A stretch of DNA of 64,000 nucleotides from Candidatus Methanophagales archaeon (GCA_030602585.1 JAUVZJ010000002.1:3262-67261), one strand, 5' to 3'. Positions 9,949 to 19,786 are shown, numbered from the stretch's first letter. The notes: a model not told the origin generated them from the letters alone. Numbers and translations: made by a program.

Positions 9949-11562
9949 ATGGCAGCTGAAACTGAAACAGAGGTAGAAGTGGAGAAGAAAAAGTCGGGGA
10001 TTGGCAGGGAAGAAACGACAAGGCATGTGATGGAATCAATAAAGGGCGCGGTTGAAAATTCTTTCTTAGAGAAAATCGAGGAGAAGGAGGTGGATGTCGT
10101 TCCAGAGGCGTTAGTGATAGGTGCAGGAATAGCGGGTATGTATGCCGCATTGGATATCGCAGATGCGGGGTTCAAAGTGCATTTGGTGGAGAGAACGCCT
10201 ACTGTCGGAGGACACATGGCACAGCTTGATAAAACTTTCCCAACGCTTGATTGTTCTGCTTGTATTCTAACGCCGAGAATGGTGGACGTGGGCGGGCATC
10301 CGAACATAAATCTACTGAGTTACTCAGAGGTAGAATCGGTAGAAGGCTCGGTTGGGAATTTCAAAGTGAAGGTGAAGAAGAAACCGAGGTACGTAATTGA
10401 GGAAACATGCACCGGATGTGCTTTATGTGAGGAAGAATGCAGATTCAAATACAAATGGCCAGATGAATTTAATGTGAATCTTGGAAAAAAGAGTTCGATA
10501 TTTAGGCCGTTTCCGCAAGCAATTCCCGCTGTTTATTGTGTTGACCCTGAGTATTGTCAGATGGTAAAAAAGGGAAAGTGTGGAAAAGCAACGATTGAAA
10601 GCACCAGAGAAGCAATTAAAAAGAGGAAGAGTGGAGAAGAAGTATCCAAAGATGAAGCCCCTCCCTGTGTTCTGATATGTGAACCAAACTGTATAGATTT
10701 TGACATGAAAGAGGAGATAGTTGAACTGACCGTGGGAACGATTATAGTTGCGTCCGGTTTTGACATCATAGACCCGAAAGAGTCGCCAGAATATAAGTAT
10801 GGTGTATATCCGAACGTAATTCACGGCTTAGAATTTGAACGCTACTCTTCTGCCAGTGGTCCCACGTTAGGCAGGATATTAGTAAATGATAAGGAGCCGA
10901 AGGACGTGGTTTTCATATCTTGTGTTGGGTCGAGGAATAAGCAGACCGGGTATGAATACTGCTCTCGTGTATGCTGTATGTATTTAGCGAAACATGCACA
11001 TTTGCTTGAGGAGAAGGTTCCTGATTGCAACATAACAGTGCTATATCAAGATGTAAGGGCATTTGGGAAAGGCTATGAGGAGTTTTATTCAAGGGTGAAA
11101 GGAGAGGGCATTAGTTACCGCAGGGGACTTGCAGCCGATATATACAAAAAACCGGGCAGTGATAGGCTGGTGGTGAGGGCGGAAGATACGATGCTTGGCG
11201 AGCCTTATGAGCTCGAAGCAGACCTTGTAGTGCTTGGAGTGGGACTGAAACCGAGTGATGGCAGTGAAAAGTTATTTAAAATGCTTGGAATCACAGAAAC
11301 GGTGGACAAATTTGCAAAAGAGGCACATCCAAAGGTCAGACCGGTGGATACGGATATAGAAGGACTTTTTGTGACCGGATGTGCTCAAGGTCCAAAGGAC
11401 ATTCCAGACAGTGTAGCCCAGGGCAAAGCAGCGGCTGCTGCTTCTCTTTCTCTTTTAGCACCGGGCAAAGCGAAAATACGATCTTCAGTAGCAGAGATGG
11501 ACGAAGAAGTATGTGTAGGGTATAAGTCGTTAAGGGAAATGGCGGAAAAAATAGGAGCTTAG
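9949..11562 (+). CDS. hdrA: HdrA-like flavoprotein lacking the N-terminal domain and with a degenerate C-terminal ferredoxin
   Basis: ALVIGAGIAG, DKTFPTLDCSAC, inserted ferredoxin, CVGSR...CSRVCCMY and GPKDIPDSV. Confidence 0.88.
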   Translation: MAAETETEVEVEKKKSGIGREETTRHVMESIKGAVENSFLEKIEEKEVDVVPEALVIGAGIAGMYAALDIADAGFKVHLVERTPTVGGHMAQLDKTFPTLDCSACILTPRMVDVGGHPNINLLSYSEVESVEGSVGNFKVKVKKKPRYVIEETCTGCALCEEECRFKYKWPDEFNVNLGKKSSIFRPFPQAIPAVYCVDPEYCQMVKKGKCGKATIESTREAIKKRKSGEEVSKDEAPPCVLICEPNCIDFDMKEEIVELTVGTIIVASGFDIIDPKESPEYKYGVYPNVIHGLEFERYSSASGPTLGRILVNDKEPKDVVFISCVGSRNKQTGYEYCSRVCCMYLAKHAHLLEEKVPDCNITVLYQDVRAFGKGYEEFYSRVKGEGISYRRGLAADIYKKPGSDRLVVRAEDTMLGEPYELEADLVVLGVGLKPSDGSEKLFKMLGITETVDKFAKEAHPKVRPVDTDIEGLFVTGCAQGPKDIPDSVAQGKAAAAASLSLLAPGKAKIRSSVAEMDEEVCVGYKSLREMAEKIGA

Positions 11563-11581
11563 ATGAGGAGGTGAAGAACAA

Positions 11582-13771
11582 ATGGTAGAGGAAGGATATG
11601 ATTATACAAAAATCCCGATGACGGGGTCGGTAGAAGGAGTTGCGGCTGATGCGCCGGAGGAAGCACCGAGGATTGGCATTTATATATGCCATTGCGGAAT
11701 AAACATAAAGATGGTATTGAACGTAGTGGACATTATGAATTATGCGGCGATGTTGCCGAACGTTGCTCTTGTCCGGCACTATATATTTGCGTGTTCAGAC
11801 CCGGGGCAATCGCTAATAAAAGGGGACCTTAAAGCGGGTAAAGTAAACAGGGTGATAGTAGCTGCCTGTTCTCCAAGGATGCACGAGCTAACGTTCAGGA
11901 AAACTTGTAGTGGTGAAGGTCTTAATCCTTACTACTTCGAGATGGCGAATATAAGAGAGCATTGTAGCTGGCCACACGTGGATTATAAGGAAGGAGCGAT
12001 GGAGAAGGCGAAGGAATTGATAAGGAGTGCGGTTGCAAGAAGTTCATTATTAGAGCGAATTGAGGAGAAGGTGGTGGAAGTCAATCCGGAAGCATTGATA
12101 ATAGGAGCGGGCATAACCGGGATGTATGCGGCACTGGATATAGCGAATGCCGGCTATAAGGTACATTTAGTTGAGAAGAAACCTTCTATTGGTGGGCACG
12201 TGGCGCAATTGAACAAGACGTTCCCAACACTGGATACTACCGCTTCTCTTTTAACGCCGAGAATGATAGACATAGGAGCACATCCGAACGTAAATCTGAT
12301 GGCATATTCAGAGGTTGAAGATATAGAAGGCTACGTTGGTAATTACCAGGCGAAAGTGAAGAGGAAGCCGAGATACGTGGATGAAGCAAAATGCACGGGA
12401 TGTGGCTTATGTGCCGAGGCATGCCCGGTGAAAGATATATCAAATGAATTCGACGAGGGGTTGAGTAAGAGAAGTGCCATTTACATACCTTTCCCGTTTG
12501 CAGTTCCACCTGTTTATACGGTTGACGCAGAACATTGCTCGCTGCTAAAAGAGGGTAAATGCGGTAATGCGACACTTGAGGGTGTTAAAGAAGGTAAAGA
12601 AGTTCCACCTTGTATGGCGGCATGCAGTCCGGGAGCGATAGATTTCGGGCAAATAGAGGAGACAGACGAGTTGACCGTGGGCACAATTATAGTTGCAACC
12701 GGTTATGACATCGTGGACCCGACAGTGTCGGCAGAATACAAGTATGGTGTATATCCAAATGTAATTACAGGATTAGAGTTTGAGAGGTTGTCATCACCGA
12801 GTGGTCCTACGGGTGGAAAGATAGAGATAAACGGAAAAGAGCCGAAGGACGTTGTTTTTATAAGTTGTGTCGGGTCGAGGAATACGCAAGTGGGTAATGA
12901 ATACTGCTCTCGTGTATGCTGTATGTATATAGCGAAACAGGCGCATTTAGTAAAGGATAAACTGCCGGACGCAAACGTAACAGTGTGCTATCAAGATGTG
13001 AGAGCGTTTGGTAAAGGCTTCGAGGAGTTTTACGGTGATACGAAGAAGGAGGGCGTTTTCTATTTACGAGGACTTCCGGGAGAGATATACAAAAAACCGG
13101 GCAGTGATAGAGTGGTAGTGCGTGGCGAGAATACACTGCTCGGGGAGCCGTATGAGAAAGAAGCGGACCTTGTGGTGCTTGGCGTGGGAATGAAACCCAA
13201 CGAGGGCGTGTGGGACATAGTAAATATGCTGAAACTATCACAATCTCCAGATCAGTTCTTATTAGAAGCACATCTCAAGCTCAGACCAGTTGACACGGCA
13301 ACAGATGGCGTATATATTGCGGGATGCTGTGCAGGTCCAAAGGATATACCAGAAAGTATATATCAGGGAAAAGCAGCGGCTTCTGGTTCTCTCGTCTATT
13401 TAGTTTTGAGGAAGGCAAAATTGGAGCCTACAATATCAGAGATAAACGCGGAAGTTTGCATTGGATGCCGGTGTTGCGAACAGGTATGTCCTTATGGTGC
13501 GCTTGTGTTTGACGAGGAGATAAGAGTAATGACGGTAAACGAAGCGGTTTGCAAGGGCTGTGGCGGTTGTAATTCGATATGCCCTTCGGGAGCAGCGACA
13601 ATGAAGCATTTCCGCGACAGACAGGTATATGCGCAGATAGAGGCGTTGACGCAGATAGGAATGCCGATGGTTGAGATTGCGGGGGCTGAAGCAGTAGCAG
13701 AAGCATCCGCAGGCACAGAAACAGAAACAGGTGAAGCAGAGAGTGCAGAAGTGGAGCAGAGTGCGGAGTGA
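11582..13771 (+). CDS. hdrA: Heterodisulfide reductase subunit A (full domain set)
   Basis: IGIYICHCGINI, AACSP, NIREHCSW, FAD domain, inserted and C-terminal ferredoxins, acidic tail. Confidence 0.93.
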   Translation: MVEEGYDYTKIPMTGSVEGVAADAPEEAPRIGIYICHCGINIKMVLNVVDIMNYAAMLPNVALVRHYIFACSDPGQSLIKGDLKAGKVNRVIVAACSPRMHELTFRKTCSGEGLNPYYFEMANIREHCSWPHVDYKEGAMEKAKELIRSAVARSSLLERIEEKVVEVNPEALIIGAGITGMYAALDIANAGYKVHLVEKKPSIGGHVAQLNKTFPTLDTTASLLTPRMIDIGAHPNVNLMAYSEVEDIEGYVGNYQAKVKRKPRYVDEAKCTGCGLCAEACPVKDISNEFDEGLSKRSAIYIPFPFAVPPVYTVDAEHCSLLKEGKCGNATLEGVKEGKEVPPCMAACSPGAIDFGQIEETDELTVGTIIVATGYDIVDPTVSAEYKYGVYPNVITGLEFERLSSPSGPTGGKIEINGKEPKDVVFISCVGSRNTQVGNEYCSRVCCMYIAKQAHLVKDKLPDANVTVCYQDVRAFGKGFEEFYGDTKKEGVFYLRGLPGEIYKKPGSDRVVVRGENTLLGEPYEKEADLVVLGVGMKPNEGVWDIVNMLKLSQSPDQFLLEAHLKLRPVDTATDGVYIAGCCAGPKDIPESIYQGKAAASGSLVYLVLRKAKLEPTISEINAEVCIGCRCCEQVCPYGALVFDEEIRVMTVNEAVCKGCGGCNSICPSGAATMKHFRDRQVYAQIEALTQIGMPMVEIAGAEAVAEASAGTETETGEAESAEVEQSAE

Positions 13772-13790
13772 ACTAAAATTCACTCCACTT

Positions 13791-15509
13791 TTATTCTGCT
13801 TTTAACTCCACAATCTTCATTTTTTCCACATCCACCAACCCTCTATCCGTTATCTTTAACTTCGGTATCACCGATAAAGCGATAAAAGACATTGTAATAA
13901 AAGGAGCTCGCAATTTACAACCCATCACTGAAATTTTCTCTTCCATCTCTTTTTGTTTTTTTAACACATAATCCAGCCCTTTATCGGTCATTAGCCCCGC
14001 AATAGGCAGTTCCAACTCGCTCTTCACCTCGCATCCGCTGCACAGAACAATTCCACCACCTATTTCTCTTAAGCGGTTGCAAGCGAAAGTCATGTCTTTT
14101 TCGTTTGTTCCTATAACAACAATATTATGAGAGTCGTGAGCGATAGAGGAAGCGACAGCACCTGTTTTCAATCCAAACCCTTTTACGAAACCCAAGCCCG
14201 TATTACCGGAGCTATGATGCCTTTCGACAACGCCAATTTTTAATATATCACGAGCTATGTCCATACCGCTTATCTCCTCTATAATCTCCTCAGTCAGGAG
14301 TTCGCCTTCTATCAAACCAATTATTCTCACCTTTGTCGCTCTTTCCAGCTTTATCTCAAAATCATCAGGTTTTACTTGCCTTATCCTTACACTTTCGCCG
14401 TATTCCGGATAATTATGCTTATAGTTATATTCGGTGCGAGGAGCAAAATCAGTCAAAATCTTTCCATTCACTATCACTTTCTCCACTTCAAAATTCTCCA
14501 AATTTTTTAACAGCACGATGTCAGCGATTTTACCGGGTGAAATGCATCCCAAAAAATCGTCGAGTTTGAACCATTGCGAAGGATTTATCGTGCACATCTG
14601 CACTGCTTTTACAGCGTCTATACCTTCTTCAATGGCTCTTCTCAAAACAAAGTCTAAATAACCTTCTTCCTTTAAATCGCGCGGTGTTCGGTCGCCGTCT
14701 GTGACGAGCATGCAATTCCTTGTATCTACGGATTTCAACAAAGGAGCGATATTTTTCAAGTTCTTTGCCACTGAACCTTCTCTTACCATTAGATGCATAC
14801 CCAGCCGGAGCTTTTCCTGCGCTTCCTCATACGAGACATTCTCGTGGTCCGAGCCGACGCCGCTTAAGACATAAGCGTTTAGCTCTTTACCGTTGAGTAG
14901 AGGAGCATGCCCATCTATTGGATATTTTAACTTCTTCGCAAGCTCTATTTTCTTCCATACCTCCTCCTCTTTCGTTATGACACCACCGTAATTCATTACC
15001 TCTGCCAGGCCTATGACGTCCTCTATATGCAGCAGTTCCTCTATTTCTTCCTGCCCTATACTCGCACCCGGGGTCTCAAGTCCGAGAGAAGGGTCGGTAG
15101 AAGGCACGCAAGAAGGCGCCATGCAAAATACTTTTAGCGGTGTTGCTTTTGCTTCTTCTAAAATCGCTCTTATTCCCTCGACTCCTAAGACATTGGCTAT
15201 CTCATGCGGGTCCGCCACCACCGCAGTCGTCCCACGAGGCACTACCGCATTTGCAAACTCGCTTACCGAAAGCATGCTCATTTCTATGTGCGTATGTCCG
15301 TCTATCAATCCCGGAACTGCATAATTATCCTTCGCTTCTATTTCCTTCCTACCATCGTATCTTCCTAATCCCACGATTAAACCACGAGCAATTGCAACAT
15401 CAGTTTCGTATATCTCGCCACTGCATACGTTCACGAGATTTGCGTTTTTTAGCACCAAGTCCGATTTTTGTTTGCCTGAAGCGATGTCAAGCAAATTTTT
15501 TGTTTTCAT
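13791..15509 (-). CDS. ade: Adenine deaminase
   Basis: PGLIDGHTHIE, DPHEIANVLG, DGHAP, SDHE, REGS and AHDSHN motifs. Confidence 0.95.
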   Translation of the reverse strand: MKTKNLLDIASGKQKSDLVLKNANLVNVCSGEIYETDVAIARGLIVGLGRYDGRKEIEAKDNYAVPGLIDGHTHIEMSMLSVSEFANAVVPRGTTAVVADPHEIANVLGVEGIRAILEEAKATPLKVFCMAPSCVPSTDPSLGLETPGASIGQEEIEELLHIEDVIGLAEVMNYGGVITKEEEVWKKIELAKKLKYPIDGHAPLLNGKELNAYVLSGVGSDHENVSYEEAQEKLRLGMHLMVREGSVAKNLKNIAPLLKSVDTRNCMLVTDGDRTPRDLKEEGYLDFVLRRAIEEGIDAVKAVQMCTINPSQWFKLDDFLGCISPGKIADIVLLKNLENFEVEKVIVNGKILTDFAPRTEYNYKHNYPEYGESVRIRQVKPDDFEIKLERATKVRIIGLIEGELLTEEIIEEISGMDIARDILKIGVVERHHSSGNTGLGFVKGFGLKTGAVASSIAHDSHNIVVIGTNEKDMTFACNRLREIGGGIVLCSGCEVKSELELPIAGLMTDKGLDYVLKKQKEMEEKISVMGCKLRAPFITMSFIALSVIPKLKITDRGLVDVEKMKIVELKAE

Positions 15510-15584
15510 TTTCACGTACAAACAAAAACTGTGAGAAGCGATAGAAAAATATTAATCTTTCATCAAACTTTCTTCTAAAGAAAA

Positions 15585-15624
15585 TTTCTTTGGTAAAGCT
15601 TTCTTTTCTAAAGAAAGGTTTGTG
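15585..15624 (-). repeat. Dispersed ~40-bp AT-rich hairpin repeat (copy 1)
   Basis: Reverse complement is CACAAACCTTTCTTTAGAAAAGAAAGCTTTACCAAAGAAA, nearly identical to 46169-46207 and 42230-42273. Confidence 0.75.
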
Positions 15625-15647
15625 AAAATCTGTGTAATCTGTGGTTA

Positions 15648-16625
15648 TTATGTTTTAGAAGAATTCTGAACAACATGAACACCAACAATCATCGGATACG
15701 CCCCATATTCCAGCCTATCAACACTATAATCCGTATAAGTAAGCCCAATAGCGAGGTAAATATCGTTCTTCCCCAAATACCTGAGCATTCTCAGCCCATA
15801 AGTCCAACGATGCTTCTTTTTCAAATCGTTCCATGTTTTGTAGAAGGCATTGCACCTGCATGACCATCTTCGGTATATCCTGCCTGAGGTATCTTTGAAG
15901 TTAAAACGAATATATTGCTCGTAGCCTTTTCCTTTCTCCGTTTTCTTCGTCGCCCTCTCTTCATACACGTGCAAAATGCGTGGCTTTATCAACCCCAAAC
16001 TCCTGCCACTTTTAAACACTGCATCCACCGAAGCATCAACAGTACTTTCCAGGAATTCTCTTTTCTCTTCAACTTTCAATTCCCTTTCCACGCCTTCGCC
16101 GTAAACAAAAAACCTGTCCTCCTTCCTTGGACGCATGCCTCGCCACGCATCAACGTATATATTGGATACAGAAAGGTTTTTGAATTTTGGCATACCCGCG
16201 GTAAAAATATCGGTTTCATAAACGCCTTGCGGTCTTATCCAGTCCCCGTTTTCGTCTATGCCTGCGATGCAGACCTGCCCCTTCTCAGGTCTTGCAACTG
16301 CCAATACGGTAAGATTTAAGAAGTTTGCTCGACTTAACGCAGCGATATTCGCAGTAATTTTGGTTATTCTTGTGTATTTACCGGCATTTGCTCTTTTCTC
16401 AACTCCTGCTCGAGCTTCGGAGACATAAGCGTTCTCTATTCTCAGCATGTCGCCTGCTTTTATATCGCCACGAAGCAGAAGCTCTGCTTTATCATCCCAG
16501 AAGGAAACCCTTTTGTAATCGAATTCATCTGCTATTATGATGCCAGCAACTTTTTTAGCTTCATCACTAACTTTGACTTCTTTAGCGGGTAGAATTCGGA
16601 GCACTTTACCTGTTATGTTTACCAT
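15648..16625 (-). CDS. RPA-type OB-fold fused to an uncharacterised (dual-OB-like) domain
   Basis: N-terminus VNITGKVLRI...IIIADE...RVSFWDDKA...GDMLRIENAYV is an RPA OB fold; C-terminus has VCIAGID...WIRP...SLGLIKP...YLAIGL...PMIVGV. Confidence 0.7.
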   Translation of the reverse strand: MVNITGKVLRILPAKEVKVSDEAKKVAGIIIADEFDYKRVSFWDDKAELLLRGDIKAGDMLRIENAYVSEARAGVEKRANAGKYTRITKITANIAALSRANFLNLTVLAVARPEKGQVCIAGIDENGDWIRPQGVYETDIFTAGMPKFKNLSVSNIYVDAWRGMRPRKEDRFFVYGEGVERELKVEEKREFLESTVDASVDAVFKSGRSLGLIKPRILHVYEERATKKTEKGKGYEQYIRFNFKDTSGRIYRRWSCRCNAFYKTWNDLKKKHRWTYGLRMLRYLGKNDIYLAIGLTYTDYSVDRLEYGAYPMIVGVHVVQNSSKT

Positions 16626-16687
16626 TGCTGAAACAACTGTTTTTAAGTGATTGATATGATTGATATTATAAAGATTTAAAACAAAAT

Positions 16688-16858
16688 ATGATAGACAAGA
16701 TGGATGAAGTCCTCAACAAATGTAGCACAGTAAAAATTCCAAGTTAAAAAAGTGGAAATAGAATCAGAGGAGTTTTAGAAGGATATGAAATGGGGAGAAG
16801 GGAACTATTCAGATTTGATGAGGAAATATTCTGAGAAATGTGTTGCAATTGTTGATAC
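16688..16858 (+). pseudogene. Chimeric remnant: Sm/Lsm-like fragment followed by a DUF5678-like fragment
   Basis: KLK/SGNRIRGVLEGYEM with a frameshift in an A-run resembles the Sm1 motif; NYSDLMRKYSEKCVAIVD in another frame resembles DUF5678. Confidence 0.4.
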
Positions 16859-16934
16859 ATTTTCTTAGAAAGAAAAGCTTTTCCGAACAACTTTTTATAT
16901 GAAAAGGTCAAAATCAATAGTAGTGAAAGAAAAG

Positions 16935-17165
16935 ATGGAAAAGAGAATAAAGGCAAAGTTCTTGGAAGGTATTTTTAAGCCCTTAGAAAAGGTGGAACTC
17001 GAAGAGGGGAAAGAAGTTATCGTGACAATAAAAGAGGTTCCTAAAGAAACAAAGGATGCTTTTGAGAAAGCAGCCGGGAGCTGGAAGGGTTTGGTTGATA
17101 CAGAGCGGTTAATCAAAGACATTTACGAGAGTCGAAGAATTAGAGCTCCTGAGGTTAAATTATGA
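16935..17165 (+). CDS. Antitoxin, DUF104/AF2212-like (VapB)
   Basis: IKAKFLEGIFKPLEKVELEEGKEV; overlaps the downstream PIN gene. Confidence 0.85.
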   Translation: MEKRIKAKFLEGIFKPLEKVELEEGKEVIVTIKEVPKETKDAFEKAAGSWKGLVDTERLIKDIYESRRIRAPEVKL

Positions 17166-17545
17166 AATATCTCCTTGATACAAGCTGGGTTATTCATTAT
17201 CTACGAGGAGAGGAAAGAGTTGTAAAGAAACTTCTTTCATTAAGAGAAGAAGGATTAGCAGCGAGTATGATCACCCTGGCTGAATTATATGAAGGCGTTT
17301 TCAGGTCTATTAATCCTGTTTTAGCTGAAGAATCACTAAAAGATTTCTTGACGGGAATTTCAATTCTGGGGATGGATGAAGAAGTATGCAAGATTTTTGG
17401 AAGAGAAAGAGCGAGATTGAGAAAGTTAGGAAAACCAATTGGTGATCTTGACCTTCTAATTGCTTCAACCTGTCTTCGTTACGATCTAACACTTCTCACT
17501 GATGACACAAGAGAGTTTGAGAGGGTGGAGAATTTAAAAATTTAA
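17162..17545 (+). CDS. vapC: VapC PIN-domain ribonuclease toxin
   Basis: YLLDTS, ITLAELYEG, DLDLLIA and LLTDD acidic PIN residues. Confidence 0.92.
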   Translation: MKYLLDTSWVIHYLRGEERVVKKLLSLREEGLAASMITLAELYEGVFRSINPVLAEESLKDFLTGISILGMDEEVCKIFGRERARLRKLGKPIGDLDLLIASTCLRYDLTLLTDDTREFERVENLKI

Positions 17546-17703
17546 GTGAGTGTATCAGTGCAAACTTCCGGTAGATATAGGAGTTGTTCCGATATAAGTT
17601 CCAAGATGTGAACTTAACAAGTCATTTAGGGGGGTAATATGCCATTCCATAATTTTTTATTTTTGCTATATTTATTTGAGTGACAAATCAGAATAAAAAT
17701 ACC

Positions 17704-18246
17704 ATGTCCGATGAAGAATACACAAAACTGGAATATTGTATCAAGTATAAAAGTAGTGAGATAAGCAATGAAGATGTTATTCCACTTGTTAAACAGACAA
17801 TTGAAGAGGCAAAAAAGAAAAATCCTGAGAAGGCAAAAGCTCTCGATAACATAGAAATAACAAAAGGGCCGAGTGCTCATATGTTTGATGTGGACTTCGA
17901 CACAATTCTGATAATCGTAGTTGTTCTTAAAGTCTCGCATAGCATATTAAAACCCATAATACTCGAAACATGGCATGAGATAGTGATTCCACTATTGAAA
18001 AGAAAACTGAATATAGAAACGCATGAAGACAATTTAAAAAAGATGGAAGAAAAAATGGAAGAGCCAAAAAAAGAAATAACAAAAGAAATAGCAGATGAGT
18101 TTGACGAAGAAAAAAGAAAAGAAATAGCAGATGAGCTTGACGAAATATTAAAACAAACAATAAAAGATGAATCATTAAGCAAAGATGTCAGAAAATTAGC
18201 AAACGAGATGTTGAATGCAAGTCCTATGAAAAAAGAAAAAACTTAA
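17704..18246 (+). CDS. Hypothetical protein with central hydrophobic segment and acidic helical C-terminus
   Basis: AT-rich ORF with internal duplication KEIADEFDE/KEIADELDE. Confidence 0.55.
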   Translation: MSDEEYTKLEYCIKYKSSEISNEDVIPLVKQTIEEAKKKNPEKAKALDNIEITKGPSAHMFDVDFDTILIIVVVLKVSHSILKPIILETWHEIVIPLLKRKLNIETHEDNLKKMEEKMEEPKKEITKEIADEFDEEKRKEIADELDEILKQTIKDESLSKDVRKLANEMLNASPMKKEKT

Positions 18247-18558
18247 GGTAGAATGTGCAATTGCATTGCACATAAATATTTTCGTTTCTATTATATCAAT
18301 TTCTAATACAGGTTATCGGTTGCCATGACTAACAAATCAATAAAGTGTAAACTGATTGGCATATTAGTAGTTGTGCTATTGGTAGGTTTAATTCTTATGA
18401 TTCCCGTGAATACAATAGAATTTGAAAGTACTTATCAAATTCCAGTGTAATAGAAAAGGAGAAAACTTAGGTTGTTATTTCTCAGACATTTCAATTATGT
18501 AAAACCGAAGATAGATGAAGAATCTCCGCCATTATACACTTATGAGCGATGATTTTTC

Positions 18559-19422
18559 TTAGATTTCGAATAAAATATTCTCCATTTTAGATAGAGTTTT
18601 CTCCATTATTTCAACCAAGTCGTCAAATAACTGTATCAAAGGCTGATTTTTGTTATAAATTTTGAGTGGATCGTGGTTATTATCAGGGTATCTTGTAACA
18701 GTAGCATGAGGAAGCATTATAAAAGAAAGACAATACAAAGAGTAACTAACATACATGCCATTTAAAATTGATTGAATTTCCCTAATCACTTCTTCCCTAC
18801 TCTGCTCTACTAAATTTAAAGTAAGTATTCCTACATCATTTTTCGATTTCTCGAATTTTGGTGGATTGAAACGATGCAAAACATCATAAAGTTCGATATA
18901 AGACTCTTTCTTTTCGATAAAATCTTTCTCTGAAATTTTTATATCCTTTGGATGCACTTTCTGCAATTCTAAGTTGTTCAATTTGCTTATTATTGATCTG
19001 ATTTCGCCTTCTTGAATAAAAAGAATTTCTTCAATTAATTTTTTGTATGCTGCCTCCTCCTCTAAAAATTCAAACACATCCAATAAATTAACTACCCCTT
19101 TGTAATAATTTCCAACATCAAAATCCTTCATGAGTTTAGTCTCTTTTACTTCGGGAACTTTTTTAATTATTGCAATTACCTTTTCTAATTCTTCCCTTTG
19201 TTTTTTAATTGATTTTATGTATATTTTCAAGGGATTATGGAGAGCCTTTTTCGCCTCCCCCTCTTTTATTATTCCAATCACTATAGCCCAAGATTTGTTT
19301 GCCTTCTCAACGCTTTGCTGCAAGTAAAAAACCGCCTGAGGATAGAATTCCTTCTCATACAAACACTTTGCAGCTTCCAAATCCTTTCTTGCTATTTTAA
19401 AAAGGGCTTCAGAAATTTTCAT
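18559..19422 (-). CDS. HEPN domain protein
   Basis: ARKDLEAAKCLY...QAVFYLQQSVEKANK N-terminal HEPN signature; C-terminal TRYP motif after a long helical insert. Confidence 0.8.
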   Translation of the reverse strand: MKISEALFKIARKDLEAAKCLYEKEFYPQAVFYLQQSVEKANKSWAIVIGIIKEGEAKKALHNPLKIYIKSIKKQREELEKVIAIIKKVPEVKETKLMKDFDVGNYYKGVVNLLDVFEFLEEEAAYKKLIEEILFIQEGEIRSIISKLNNLELQKVHPKDIKISEKDFIEKKESYIELYDVLHRFNPPKFEKSKNDVGILTLNLVEQSREEVIREIQSILNGMYVSYSLYCLSFIMLPHATVTRYPDNNHDPLKIYNKNQPLIQLFDDLVEIMEKTLSKMENILFEI

Positions 19423-19763
19423 AGCTCAACCCGTTATTTATGTTAGTTCTTTTAGCTTCCTCTTCTATAAATTTTTTCCTGATCACTGATAAAAATATTC
19501 GAGAGGTTCCTACTGTTGAGATTATTTATATCTGGAAGGGCTCATCACAACTTGAATAAGATATTTTGCGAAATTAGATGCTTATTTTCCGATATAAAGC
19601 CATATTTGGGCTTCTTTTCGTTAAGATTTTGAATTGTGGAACAGCCTCTTAACATACGGAGCCTATGTATATAAAGTTTGCTGGTATTCTTGCTAGAATA
19701 ATAAATATGTCATTTATATCTAATGCTTTTAGTAAGAATGAACAAAAAGCAAGGGTTGTAGGC

Positions 19764-19786
19764 AAATATCGAAAAATTTATAAGGA
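19764..19786 (+). promoter_or_regulatory. BRE/TATA promoter identical to the mvhD-hdr promoter core
   Basis: 19-bp AAATATCGAAAAATTTATA identical to 358-376. Confidence 0.5.

Noticed and set aside
9543..10307. 254-aa minus-strand ORF and the many other 60-200 aa antisense ORFs in the track
   Set aside because: They lie opposite well-supported genes and are Ser/Phe-rich shadows of purine-rich coding strands.
445..13771. Selenocysteine in MvhD or HdrA
   Set aside because: The ORFs are uninterrupted, with ordinary codons at the relevant sites and no in-frame TGA.
17578..19650. GAGTTGTTCC / GAGGCTGTTCC as IS terminal inverted repeats around the HEPN patch
   Set aside because: The match is short and imperfect, with no transposase and no convincing target duplication.
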